A DNA stretch of 24,000 bases. Origin: Terriglobia bacterium. Its GTDB lineage: Bacteria > Acidobacteriota > Terriglobia > UBA7540. Positions 12,550-21,058 of the stretch are shown here, piece after piece (position 1 is the stretch's first letter; each line of letters opens with the position of its first letter). Location of the stretch: contig DATKST010000184.1 in assembly GCA_035531475.1 (NCBI GenBank), forward strand, positions 4,349-28,348, in the 5' to 3' direction. The notes under the pieces are model-generated. The model was not told the origin of the DNA and did not search any database. It saw only the letters and a list, made by a program, of their open reading frames with translations. The position numbers were made by a program, and so were the translations under genes.

Positions 12550-15500
12550 ATGATGGTGTGGAAGAGAGCGATCTTATACTCCATGGGTCAATTGCGACAA
12601 GTGACCCTATTGTTGCTCGTCGTGGGAGTCTTTTGCGTGGTGGTAACCCCGGCTTACGGGCAGGCCGGTAAAGCCACGATTAACGGGGCGGTGATGGACC
12701 CCACCGGCGCGGTAGTCCCCAACGCGGAGGTCACGGTCACAAACACCTTGACCGGTCTTACCACAAAAGTTGCCACCACCGGCAACGGAACCTATATCGT
12801 TCCCCTGCTGCCGGTTGGCACCTACTCGGTGACTTTCGCGCATCCCGGTTTTAAGTCTTTCATCCAGACCAACATCGGGCTGACTTCTGACCAGGTGGCG
12901 ACGGTCAATGCCACGCTGACTCTCGGCCAGGTGGCCCAGACCGTCGAAGTGTCAGCTAATGCGGAAATGCTGCAAACAGGCACCGCCTCCCTCGGGCAGC
13001 TCGTCTCGCGACAAGCCGTGGTTGAGCTGCCCCTAAACGGGCGTAATCCCGCCACTCTGGTGCTTCTCTCTCCAGGGATGATTAACGTCCTCATCACGGG
13101 GGCGGGTGTGAACCAGGGTTATGTTGCCAACCCTAACGACACCGGAGCCTCGGCGTCCGGTGGACGGCAGGGAAGCACTTACTACATGCTGGATGGGTCA
13201 AATTCCATGGACGCTGAGAATCTCCTGGCCAGCCCCTTTCCCAACCCCGATGCGACCCAGGAATTCCGGGTCATCCAGAATAACTTCCAGGCCCAATACG
13301 GATTCGCTCCGGGCGCGGTGGTGAGCGTTGTTACGAAATCCGGAACTAACCAATGGCACGGAGACGGATTTGAGTTCTTGCGGAACTATAATTTGGATGC
13401 TTCGAATTTCTTTACTCACTTAGTGGACGGCCTCAAGCGAAATCAGTTCGGTGGCTCGGCGGGCGGGCCCATCAAGCGTGACAAGCTATTCATCTTCGGG
13501 AACTTTCAGCGAACGACCGAGGTCAACAACCAGCAAGGCGCCTCTGATATCGTTCCGAACAATGCTGAATTAAATGGTGACTTCAGTGGTCTGCTCACGG
13601 GAACTACGACGAACCTGTGCGGGGCGGGAGGGCCTGCCAATCTGAATTTCGATACCGGCCAGCTCTTCCAACCGAACGCTGCGGCACCTTTCGGCACGCC
13701 GACCGTTTGCCCTACCGGCAGCGCCATGTCGGGCAAAACGGTGATGGCAAAAACCCCCTATGCCGGAAACTTCATTAGCCCCGCCACGTTTAACCCCGTT
13801 TCCATGAATTTCGAGTCAATGCTTCCGAGGACCAATGCGGCAAACGGCCTGGTCTATCTTCCCGGTGTGCCCATCAGAGACTACACCAACGAATTCACTC
13901 TCAAGGGTGACCTGAATGTGAGTGACAGCCAGCGGGTCTTTGGCCGCGTCTTCTACAACGATTATACGCAACCGGGAAACCCCGCCGGAGGAGACCCCCT
14001 GGCGTCCATTCGGTCGTGGGATGTCCAATACGAGAACTTTGCGGGCGGCTACACATGGATGGCGAAGCCCAATCTGGTCAATAGCCTCACCGCCTCAGTC
14101 AACTTCACCCATTCCGAGAGCTTTGCCGGCTTTCGCGACAAGAACGGGAAGCCGTTCTCGCTAGCAACCTTGGGATCCAACGTTGTTTATCCGCCTGGTT
14201 ATGCACCGGATATCGACCAACTCTCGACCAACGGCTTTTGGTTTGGCCAGAATACGAACGCCCCCATGAGCCGTCGGAACATCGACCTTACCGACTCGCT
14301 GGAGTGGACAAAGGGAAGGCATATGATCATTGCCGGCGTGGACATTCTGCATATGAACTATCAGGATTCTACGAACTGGCAGTCGTCTCCCAGAATCTCA
14401 TTCGACGGAGAAGTCACAGGACTCCCCGCGCATAACATCCCAGGCAACGACCGTGCGGACTATCTGCTTGGGTACGCCAACTTTTTCGAGCAGGGAGGCG
14501 GAGAGTTCACCCAGAATTACATCACCGACTGGACCGCCTACGCGCAGGATAGTGTTCGCTTGAAGCCTAACTTGACGTTCAACTTCGGCGCACGGTGGGA
14601 GCCTTATTTCCCAGCCACGCCCTACTATGGGAAAATGGCAAGCTGGCAGCCAGGGCAGCAGAGCACCAAATATCCGAACTCCCCTCCGGGCTTGGTTTTC
14701 CCGGGAGATGCCGGCATTCCCCAGTCCACGATGTATCCGACACTCAGCAACATTGATCCACGGGTGGGAATTGCCTGGGAGCCGCACTTTCTGAAGAACA
14801 CCTCCATCCGCGCGGCCGGCGGTGTCTTTGCCGAACCCATCTCGAACATGAGCTACCACCACATCGGTGACGTAGCCCCATTTTCCAGTGTCTTCGACCT
14901 TTACTACTCACAGATTGGACTGATTAATTTCTCCGACCCTTGGGCCAACTTCGCAGGGTCAGGTGGCGTCAGTCCATTTCCTAACCAGCAGCCTTTCGCC
15001 AATCTAGCTGCTTCGCCCCCCGGAACCATTAAGTTCATACTTCCCACCACCGTCTCGGCGGTGTTCCCCAAGAACTTTACCAACCCTAAGATCTTTTCCT
15101 GGAATATGTCAATTGAACACCAGTTCACACAGAACACGATGTTAACGGTCGCTTACGTGGCGAACGAAGGGGAATACCTGTTCAATCCCATCGAGCAGAA
15201 TCCCGGAGTTAACAACGTGCGACCTAATTCCAATTTCGGTTCGATTTTGGATACCATGCCGCTGTCGACATCATCCTATAACTCGCTGCAAATCAGCTTC
15301 AGCAAACGCATGGCCCACGGCTTGCAGTTCACCTCAAATTTCACCTGGTCCCACTGCCTGGATAACGGCACGTTGGGTGACACCGCTTTTACGGGAAGCC
15401 TGGGTGATCCGTACAACATATCCTGGAGCCGAGGAAACTGTGACACCAACATCCCATACGTCTGGGTGAGCAACTGGGTCTGGCAGGAACCAAATCTCAG

Positions 15501-16005
15501 CAGCCTTGGACGTGTTGCTAGCAATGTCTTGGGAAGTTGGGAGTTTAGCGGTATCTATACCATTCAGTCCGGACTGCCCTTCGGTATCGGCGGCGGGTGC
15601 GGCGGCAATAACAACTCTGGAACCCTGATTGGCGGTGACCGGGCTAACTTGACCGGTCAACCCTTCGATGTCCATCGGGGGTCAAAGAGCCAGTGGTTAA
15701 CCAGCTACTTCAATCCGGCAGCGTTCGCATGCAACACTCCCGGAACCTTCGGCAACTCCGGCAGGAACATTATGCAGGGGCCTGGGCAAAACAACGCTGA
15801 CCTGGGCATTTTCAAGAATATTTCCATTGAGGAGCGCTACAAGGTGCAGTTCCGGTGGGAAATGTTTAATGCTTTCAATCGCGTTTGGTTTGGCGGCCCC
15901 AACACCTGTCTTACTTGCGGCGTGGGGCCGGGCGGGTTTGGAAGCATCAACGGTACGTCGAATTTGCCCCGAATCATGCAGGCAGGTCTCAAGTTTTATT
16001 GGTAG
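12550..16005 (+). CDS. TonB-dependent outer-membrane receptor with N-terminal carboxypeptidase-regulatory-like domain
   Basis: The ORF track starts at TTG 12355, which is actually the -35 hexamer. AAGGAGG lies 5 nt upstream of ATG 12550. The signal peptide is MMVWKRAILYSMGQLRQVTLLLLVVGVFCVVVTPAYG|QAG. A CarboxypepD_reg-like beta-sandwich follows (INGAVMDPTGAVVPNAEVTVTNTLTGLTTKVATTGNGTYIVPLLPVGTYSVTFAHPGFKSF), then a plug-like region (NGRNPATLVLLSPG). The long beta-barrel ends in an aromatic residue (...AGLKFYW). Confidence 0.9.
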   Translation: MMVWKRAILYSMGQLRQVTLLLLVVGVFCVVVTPAYGQAGKATINGAVMDPTGAVVPNAEVTVTNTLTGLTTKVATTGNGTYIVPLLPVGTYSVTFAHPGFKSFIQTNIGLTSDQVATVNATLTLGQVAQTVEVSANAEMLQTGTASLGQLVSRQAVVELPLNGRNPATLVLLSPGMINVLITGAGVNQGYVANPNDTGASASGGRQGSTYYMLDGSNSMDAENLLASPFPNPDATQEFRVIQNNFQAQYGFAPGAVVSVVTKSGTNQWHGDGFEFLRNYNLDASNFFTHLVDGLKRNQFGGSAGGPIKRDKLFIFGNFQRTTEVNNQQGASDIVPNNAELNGDFSGLLTGTTTNLCGAGGPANLNFDTGQLFQPNAAAPFGTPTVCPTGSAMSGKTVMAKTPYAGNFISPATFNPVSMNFESMLPRTNAANGLVYLPGVPIRDYTNEFTLKGDLNVSDSQRVFGRVFYNDYTQPGNPAGGDPLASIRSWDVQYENFAGGYTWMAKPNLVNSLTASVNFTHSESFAGFRDKNGKPFSLATLGSNVVYPPGYAPDIDQLSTNGFWFGQNTNAPMSRRNIDLTDSLEWTKGRHMIIAGVDILHMNYQDSTNWQSSPRISFDGEVTGLPAHNIPGNDRADYLLGYANFFEQGGGEFTQNYITDWTAYAQDSVRLKPNLTFNFGARWEPYFPATPYYGKMASWQPGQQSTKYPNSPPGLVFPGDAGIPQSTMYPTLSNIDPRVGIAWEPHFLKNTSIRAAGGVFAEPISNMSYHHIGDVAPFSSVFDLYYSQIGLINFSDPWANFAGSGGVSPFPNQQPFANLAASPPGTIKFILPTTVSAVFPKNFTNPKIFSWNMSIEHQFTQNTMLTVAYVANEGEYLFNPIEQNPGVNNVRPNSNFGSILDTMPLSTSSYNSLQISFSKRMAHGLQFTSNFTWSHCLDNGTLGDTAFTGSLGDPYNISWSRGNCDTNIPYVWVSNWVWQEPNLSSLGRVASNVLGSWEFSGIYTIQSGLPFGIGGGCGGNNNSGTLIGGDRANLTGQPFDVHRGSKSQWLTSYFNPAAFACNTPGTFGNSGRNIMQGPGQNNADLGIFKNISIEERYKVQFRWEMFNAFNRVWFGGPNTCLTCGVGPGGFGSINGTSNLPRIMQAGLKFYW

Positions 16006-16116
16006 ACGATCCCCAGCCCTAGCAGGCTGCGGAAAAACTCTTTGGAGGGATCAAAACAGCCGCCAACAGCGTCCGTAAGTCGTTGTTTCTACGTTTGATA
16101 ATAGGCGAGTTGTTGT

Positions 16117-16285
16117 CTTAGTACCACCATTCGCAATTACGGTAACGTATTCTTGCAACGGTCTTCAACACCCCCTCACCCCCAGCCCCTCTCCCCGCAA
16201 GCGGGGAGAGGGTGGCGCGGGGGAAGCAGTGCTTCCCGTCGCGCCGGGTGAGGGGGTGCAAGAATACGTGACGGTCACGTATTCT
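16117..16285. repeat. Repeat family C, copy 3 (inverted orientation)
   Basis: Its reverse complement aligns with copy 1 from ctcacgtattct through the ccccgcttgcggggagagg core to cgttaccgtaattgcgaatggtggtactaag. It abuts and truncates the IS701-like remnant. Confidence 0.8.
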
Positions 16286-16577
16286 CCGGGCTATGCAGCA
16301 GCGCAGCCATCAGTTGTGGGCCGCGTGTGCAGTTCGTTGGATAGCGCTTCCAGACCGCGGCGGAGCGCCGTCCACATTGCTTCATCGCTCCCCGGGCTGT
16401 CGCTGACAAACAGTTGCAGGCATTGGGCGTCCACGCCCAGCCGTTCCGCCACGGGGCCATTCGATTTCCGCCGGCCCGCATCAACAACCCTTCGATATAT
16501 CGCGTCGCGGCCACACGCCTCTCGCTCCGGTCCAAGCCCGCGATCAAAACGGAAGCCATCGCAGCGAATTGATACAC

Positions 16578-16591
16578 CGGAATGTATTCCG
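16578..16591. promoter_or_regulatory. CGGAAT-N2-ATTCCG palindrome, site 2 of 3 by position (candidate operator upstream of the FAD oxidoreductase / dehydratase unit)
   Basis: CGGAATGTATTCCG, 7 bp upstream of a TTGATC -35-like hexamer and 143 nt upstream of ATG 16734. It lies inside the transposase stub. Confidence 0.4.
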
Positions 16592-16598
16592 AATGTGC

Positions 16599-16627
16599 TT
16601 GATCGACGTTTGCCCGGGTGTTAGACT
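16599..16627 (+). promoter_or_regulatory. sigma70-type promoter candidate for the FAD oxidoreductase / IlvD-like operon
   Basis: TTGATC (16599-16604), a 17-nt spacer, then TAGACT (16622-16627). Confidence 0.3.
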
Positions 16628-16733
16628 GCATCAGGATTGGGCAGCCCATGCCTCCTTGGCATGAGCGGATTGCCCTCAAGGTCGGGCACAAGTCCGCGTC
16701 TTGCGAAGAATCTCTTGTGACCAGAAACTTTGT

Positions 16734-18065
16734 ATGTCCTTGGATTCGGTGTTTTGGGTTCCGCCTTGCAAGGCCAGCGTGATCGCGAAGCCCGATGTGT
16801 GCGTGGTCGGAGGAGGTGCTGCTGGTCTTGCGGTAGCCGTAGGCGCCGCCCGCGCGGGGTTGGAAGTGTTGTTGGTCGAGAAGTATGGATTTTGCGGAGG
16901 CGCGACCGTAGCCGGATTGAGCGGCACCATCTGCGGTCTGTACAGCTCTGGAGACCATCCACGGCAGATCATTTTTGGTTTTGCAGGGGAATTTTATGAC
17001 CTGATGGCCCGCCGGGGCGGTGTGCGCGCTCCCGTGCAATTCGGCAGAACGATGCTGGTGCCGCACGAGAGCCTGGTTTGGAAGGAAGTGGCCGACTGTC
17101 TGCTCAGAGAGAGTGATGTTCGTGTTTTATATCATACGCATTTCCTTCACGCGTTTCAGGAAGACGGCGGGGTCCACACGCTGGTCATTCAGGCCAAGGA
17201 AGGACAGGTTGCCATCCAACCGAAAGCGGTTGTAGATGCCTCCGGCGACGCGGAGGTCGTGCACAGCCTTGGCGGTGAGACGACACTCGGCAAGAACGGT
17301 GTGGTGCAGACGCCCACCATGGTGTTCCGCATGGGCGACGTTGACATGGCGATCTTCTTGAAACTCGACCCGCGCGAGATCGACCGCATGGTGGTGCAGG
17401 CGCATGAGTCGGGTTCCTACGACCTGCCCCGGCATCATGTTTACATGTTTCCGATGCCGAACGGGCACGAGGTGCTGTGCAACATGACCCGCATCACCCG
17501 GCCCGACGGCTCGATTCCGGTGGGCACGTCGAGCGACGACATGACTTTCGCGGAAATGGAAGGCCGCGTCCAGGCACGCAGGTACGCAACTTTCCTGTGC
17601 GACCGGGTGCCGGGATTTGGGCACGCCTACATGGCAGAGACCGGCATGCAAGTTGGCATCCGCCAGACGAGATCGATCAAAGGGAAGATGAGGCTCAGCA
17701 ACGACGACGTGCTCCATGCACGGAAGGTGCAGGGGGGGGCGAGTTTTTCTGCTTGGCCGATTGAGGATCACGGCGCAGATGGGCTGAAGATCTCGTACCT
17801 CAAGGATGACACGTACGACATCCCTTTTGAAACGCTGATTCCGGTCTCAGGGTCGAATCTGCTCGTTGCCGGCCGGTGCATGTCAGCCGAGCACGAGGCA
17901 TTGGCCTCCGCCCGCGTCACAGCGCAGTGTTTCGGCATGGGCTATGCGGCCGGTGCTGCATGTGGCCTGCTTGTGAACGAACGAGCGCGGGCCCAGGAAT
18001 TAACTGGCGTGCAGGTCAGCGAATGGATGCGCAAACAAGGCCTGAAGACCGCAGGAGAGAGGTAG
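16734..18065 (+). CDS. FAD-dependent oxidoreductase (FAD_oxidored / GIDA-like Rossmann family), substrate unknown
   Basis: The dinucleotide-binding N-terminus is DVCVVGGGAAGLAVAVGAARAGLEVLLVEKYGFCGG. The C-terminal region reads LLVAGRCMSAEHEALASARVTAQCFGMGYAAG. The start is uncertain: the track uses TTG 16701, ATG 16734 is chosen here, and GTG 16779 (VIAKPDVCVVGGG) is also plausible. The stop lies 3 nt before the next gene's ATG. Confidence 0.8.
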   Translation: MSLDSVFWVPPCKASVIAKPDVCVVGGGAAGLAVAVGAARAGLEVLLVEKYGFCGGATVAGLSGTICGLYSSGDHPRQIIFGFAGEFYDLMARRGGVRAPVQFGRTMLVPHESLVWKEVADCLLRESDVRVLYHTHFLHAFQEDGGVHTLVIQAKEGQVAIQPKAVVDASGDAEVVHSLGGETTLGKNGVVQTPTMVFRMGDVDMAIFLKLDPREIDRMVVQAHESGSYDLPRHHVYMFPMPNGHEVLCNMTRITRPDGSIPVGTSSDDMTFAEMEGRVQARRYATFLCDRVPGFGHAYMAETGMQVGIRQTRSIKGKMRLSNDDVLHARKVQGGASFSAWPIEDHGADGLKISYLKDDTYDIPFETLIPVSGSNLLVAGRCMSAEHEALASARVTAQCFGMGYAAGAACGLLVNERARAQELTGVQVSEWMRKQGLKTAGER

Positions 18066-18068
18066 CTG

Positions 18069-19751
18069 ATGTTGCGAAGCAATTTTGAACGGGGCAGTAC
18101 GCGATGGGCGGTGAGGCGGGCACAATGGTTGGCGATGGGCCTGAAGGAAGAAGACTTTGAAAAGCCCAAGATTGCGGTCATCAATTCGTCCTCGACGCTA
18201 TCGGTCTGCTACATCCATCTCGATGAAGTGTCAAAAGCGGTCCAACAAGCGATTCGCGAGGCCGGAGGGCTCCCATTTGAAATTCGCACTGCCGCTCCCT
18301 CGGACTTCATCACCTCGGGTGGCCTTAAGGGTCGGTATCTTCTCCCGAGCCGCGATCTCGTGGTCAACGACATCGAGGTGATGGTAGAAGGCGCCTGCCT
18401 GGATGGAATGCTCTTGCTATCTTCATGCGACAAGACAACGCCCGCACATCTTATGGCCGCTGGCCGGCTGAACCTTCCTTCGATTGTGGTTCCGTGTGGT
18501 TATCAGTTGGGAGGAAACTGTCGAGGTCATGAGGTAGACATCGAAGAAGTTTACAAAGCGGTGGGGACCGTGTCGACCGGCTTGATGAAAGTGGAGGAAC
18601 TTGAGGAGTGGACACGTGTGGCAATTCAGGGGCCGGGAGTGTGCGCTGGATTGGCCACGGCTAACTCCATGCACGTCATGGCAGAGGCACTTGGAATGGC
18701 CCTCCCGGGAACAACGCCCATCCGTGCGGGGAGCGAGAAACTGTTCCAATGCGCCCGTCGCAGTGCGGAGCGAGTTGTGCAGATGGCCCGTGAACAAATC
18801 CGTCCCCGTCAGGTCCTGACGGCCGGGGCTCTGCGTAATGCGGTCACTGTGGCGGTGGCCATCGGCGCTTCCGTCAACACCGTCCGGCACTTGGCGGCCA
18901 TCGCAACGGAGGCCGAACTTGACCTGGACATCATTGCACTTTTTGAGGAAATCAGCCGGAGCGTGCCGCAAATTACGAGTATCAAGCCGAACGGCCCGGA
19001 CCGGATTGAGCATTTCGAAGCGGCTGGCGGAACTCGCGGCGTCATGCAACAGCTCAAAGAAAAACTCCATCTTGAGGTCCGAACGGTGGGTGGCAAGAGT
19101 CTCGCCGAGGTGCTTGAAGAACGAATAGACGTGGATGAGAAAGTAATTCGCCCGTTGGAACGGCCGTTCCGGCCCGAACCCGGCCTTGTGATATTGCGAG
19201 GGAACCTTGCTCCGGAAGGTGCGATCGTCAAGCTCTCAGCCGTCCCTGATGCCCGGCGTCAATTCGCCGGACCGGCCCGCGTATTTGAGGATGAAGACTT
19301 CGCGATTGTAGAGCTTTCCAAAGGGAACATCAGGCCAGGCGACGTGGTTGTCCTGCGCATGATGGGCCCCGCCGGTGGGCCGGGCACGGTGTTTGCTTGC
19401 AGCTTTATGGCGGCTCTTGTTGGCGCTGGCCTCGCGGAATCAGTCGCTGTTTTGACGGACGGTGAACTGTCGGGTCTCAATCGTGGAATCACCGTGGGAC
19501 AGGTCATGCCGGAGGCGGCTTGCGGAGGACCTTTGGCCGTGGTCAGAGAGGGGGAGCGGATTCGGATTGATCTGATCGTCCGAAGGGTCGACCTTGAAAT
19601 CGGTGAGGGTGAGATCAGGCGTCGGCTGGGCGAGTGGAAACGGCCTGAGCGTCATCTCAAGGCGGGCTGGTTGGCGATATACGCCAATGAAGTTCAACCA
19701 CTATCCCAAGGTGCTGTGCTGGGACGCCGGAAGAGTGCGAGAGAAAGTTGA
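18069..19751 (+). CDS. IlvD/Edd-family dehydratase (sugar-acid dehydratase by context; L-arabonate/xylonate-type is a guess)
   Basis: 560-aa ORF with family motifs: KPKIAVINSSSTLSVCYIHL, LLSSCDKTTPAHLMAA (Fe-S Cys), GPGVCAGLATANSMHVMAEALG (Fe-S Cys) and LTDGELSG (catalytic Ser region). GGAGAGAGG lies upstream of ATG 18069. Confidence 0.9.
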   Translation: MLRSNFERGSTRWAVRRAQWLAMGLKEEDFEKPKIAVINSSSTLSVCYIHLDEVSKAVQQAIREAGGLPFEIRTAAPSDFITSGGLKGRYLLPSRDLVVNDIEVMVEGACLDGMLLLSSCDKTTPAHLMAAGRLNLPSIVVPCGYQLGGNCRGHEVDIEEVYKAVGTVSTGLMKVEELEEWTRVAIQGPGVCAGLATANSMHVMAEALGMALPGTTPIRAGSEKLFQCARRSAERVVQMAREQIRPRQVLTAGALRNAVTVAVAIGASVNTVRHLAAIATEAELDLDIIALFEEISRSVPQITSIKPNGPDRIEHFEAAGGTRGVMQQLKEKLHLEVRTVGGKSLAEVLEERIDVDEKVIRPLERPFRPEPGLVILRGNLAPEGAIVKLSAVPDARRQFAGPARVFEDEDFAIVELSKGNIRPGDVVVLRMMGPAGGPGTVFACSFMAALVGAGLAESVAVLTDGELSGLNRGITVGQVMPEAACGGPLAVVREGERIRIDLIVRRVDLEIGEGEIRRRLGEWKRPERHLKAGWLAIYANEVQPLSQGAVLGRRKSARES

Positions 19752-19982
19752 ATGGCCGGCAAAGCCTTTGAGCCCCAGTATGATGTCCAGGGTGTATCCA
19801 GTTGGCGTCACCACAGGAAGTAGAAGGAGCTTTCACGGTCTTGGAACTCGGTGAGCCAATCGCCAACATCGCAGCGCAATTGCTGATTAGTGATCGGCGT
19901 GGCCGGGCCCTCCGACCGCGAACAACCTCCCCAAACGCTCATCGGCCGAGCGGAGGGAAGGCAGCGTGGGGTTACCCTGCGC

Positions 19983-20750
19983 TCATCCTCCCGCCAGAAG
20001 GCCACCGTCCACCGCAAGCCAAGTACCCGTGATGTAGGTGGCATCAGCCGAACACAGGAATCGCACGGCCTTCGCGATGTCCTCGGGTTGGGCGAGTCGC
20101 CCCAAAGGAATGCGCCGCGTGATGCGATCCTCTTCTGCCCGTGGATCGGCGCAGGCGTTCAAGTAATTACGCAGGAGACTCGTGTCCGTCGCGCCCGGTA
20201 TTACGCAATTCACTCGGACGCCGTCCGCAGCGTAATCCAACGCAACGCCGCGCATGAAAGCGAGCAGCCCACCCTTAGTCGCGGCGTAAGCGGAGGAGTT
20301 CGGATAGGTAACAAAGGCATGCCCGGAAGAGGCGATCACAATACTGCCGCTCTTCTGCGTCTGCATGACGGGCAACACGTACTTGCAACAGAGGAACGTC
20401 CCCTTCAAGTTAACGTCGTGGAGCCGTTCCCACTCCTCCTCGCTCGTCTCTGCAACCGACTTGGTAATCTGGGTGGCCGCGGAGGCAAACAGAATGTCAA
20501 TCCGTCCGTATCGGGCGACTGCAATGTCGACCGCCCCTTTCATGTCTTCACTGCGGCTGACGTCGGCTCGAATGTAAAAGCTTTGGCCTCCTCGTTGCTC
20601 AATCGACTTGACGGTCTCTTCCGCAGTAGACTCGTTCCAATCAATGACCACGGTTTGAGCGCCTTGTGCCGCGAACAGGATTGCGGTGGCGCGGCCGATG
20701 CCGGATCCGCCGCCGGTGATCATCGCGACTTTGCCTTCGAACTCGCTCAT
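19983..20750 (-). CDS. SDR-family oxidoreductase (classical short-chain dehydrogenase)
   Basis: 255-aa ORF with cofactor motif TGGGSGIGRA and catalytic S...YAATK (SSAYAATKGG). PGATDT follows the active site. Confidence 0.9.
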   Translation of the reverse strand: MSEFEGKVAMITGGGSGIGRATAILFAAQGAQTVVIDWNESTAEETVKSIEQRGGQSFYIRADVSRSEDMKGAVDIAVARYGRIDILFASAATQITKSVAETSEEEWERLHDVNLKGTFLCCKYVLPVMQTQKSGSIVIASSGHAFVTYPNSSAYAATKGGLLAFMRGVALDYAADGVRVNCVIPGATDTSLLRNYLNACADPRAEEDRITRRIPLGRLAQPEDIAKAVRFLCSADATYITGTWLAVDGGLLAGG

Positions 20751-20753
20751 CGT

Positions 20754-20912
20754 CTACTCCGCATGTTTGCAGAATCCCTTCCGGCCTTGAGCCCTGCGGA
20801 GACCCGGCAAAAGAATACCGGCTCCTTCGAATGGCTTTTTCTCGTCGATCCTACCCTGACCATCGAATGGTGTGATTGCTGCGGGGATTACGCCGTGCAA
20901 CCAAGGTTCCAT
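20754..20912 (-). pseudogene. 52-codon ORF with a DHDPS/NAL-family (DapA-like) N-terminus: probable stub of a lost 2-keto-3-deoxy-sugar-acid dehydratase/aldolase gene
   Basis: GGGAGG lies 6 nt upstream of ATG 20912. MEPWLHGVIPAAITPFDGQGRIDEKK matches the conserved start of DHDPS-family enzymes (G.I.A..TPF...G.ID). Similarity is lost afterwards, and the ORF stops 3 nt before the SDR ATG. There is only room for about 50 codons. Confidence 0.3.
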
Positions 20913-21058
20913 CGGTGTCCTCCCATGCCTGCCCGTAGATTGAGCAAGCTGCCGCCGGTCAAAGTTGCGCCGAACCCTCACTCCTCGACCAAGCCGCAGC
21001 GGATCTCGCGAAGGACGAAGGCGAGAGTAACACGTCGGAGATTGCTCGTCAAGCGTTT

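Larger units (their letters stand above)
16291..16649 (-). pseudogene. IS701/IS4-like transposase N-terminal stub with a frameshift, truncated by repeat C
   Basis: AAGGAGG, then ATG 16649: MGCPILMQSNTRANVDQAHSEYIPVYQFAAMASVLIAGLDRSERRVAATRYIEGLLMRAGG. After a frame change near 16465, hand translation continues SNGPVAERLGVDAQCLQLFVSDSPGSDEAMWTALRRGLEALSNEL, with a stop at 16291. The pattern F..R.E.R..A..Y..GLL....(RK)S..P.AE..G.....LQ.F.S.S.W matches the N-terminus of IS701-type DDE transposases. No DDE domain follows. Confidence 0.5.

Noticed and set aside
16275-17066. 263-aa minus-strand ORF, and the 131-aa plus-strand ORF 16229..16624
   Set aside because: Only the 16291-16649 part has meaning, as the IS701-like stub with a frameshift. 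The upstream 140 codons run antisense through the FAD oxidoreductase start region. The plus-strand ORF is antisense to the stub and begins inside repeat C.
17127-19231. Minus-strand ORFs 17127..17771, 18423..19070 and 18809..19231
   Set aside because: They lie antisense to the FAD oxidoreductase and IlvD-like genes, which carry clear family motifs. They are shadow ORFs.
19752-19982. Coding-like minus-strand fragments in the convergent IlvD/SDR gap (for example ...ADERLGRLFAVGGP and ...DVGDWLTEFQDRESSFYFLW), and a 23-codon plus-strand ORF at 19752
   Set aside because: They are split across frames and too short. I cannot assign them to any family with confidence. A decayed lactonase or amidohydrolase tail is conceivable but unsupported.
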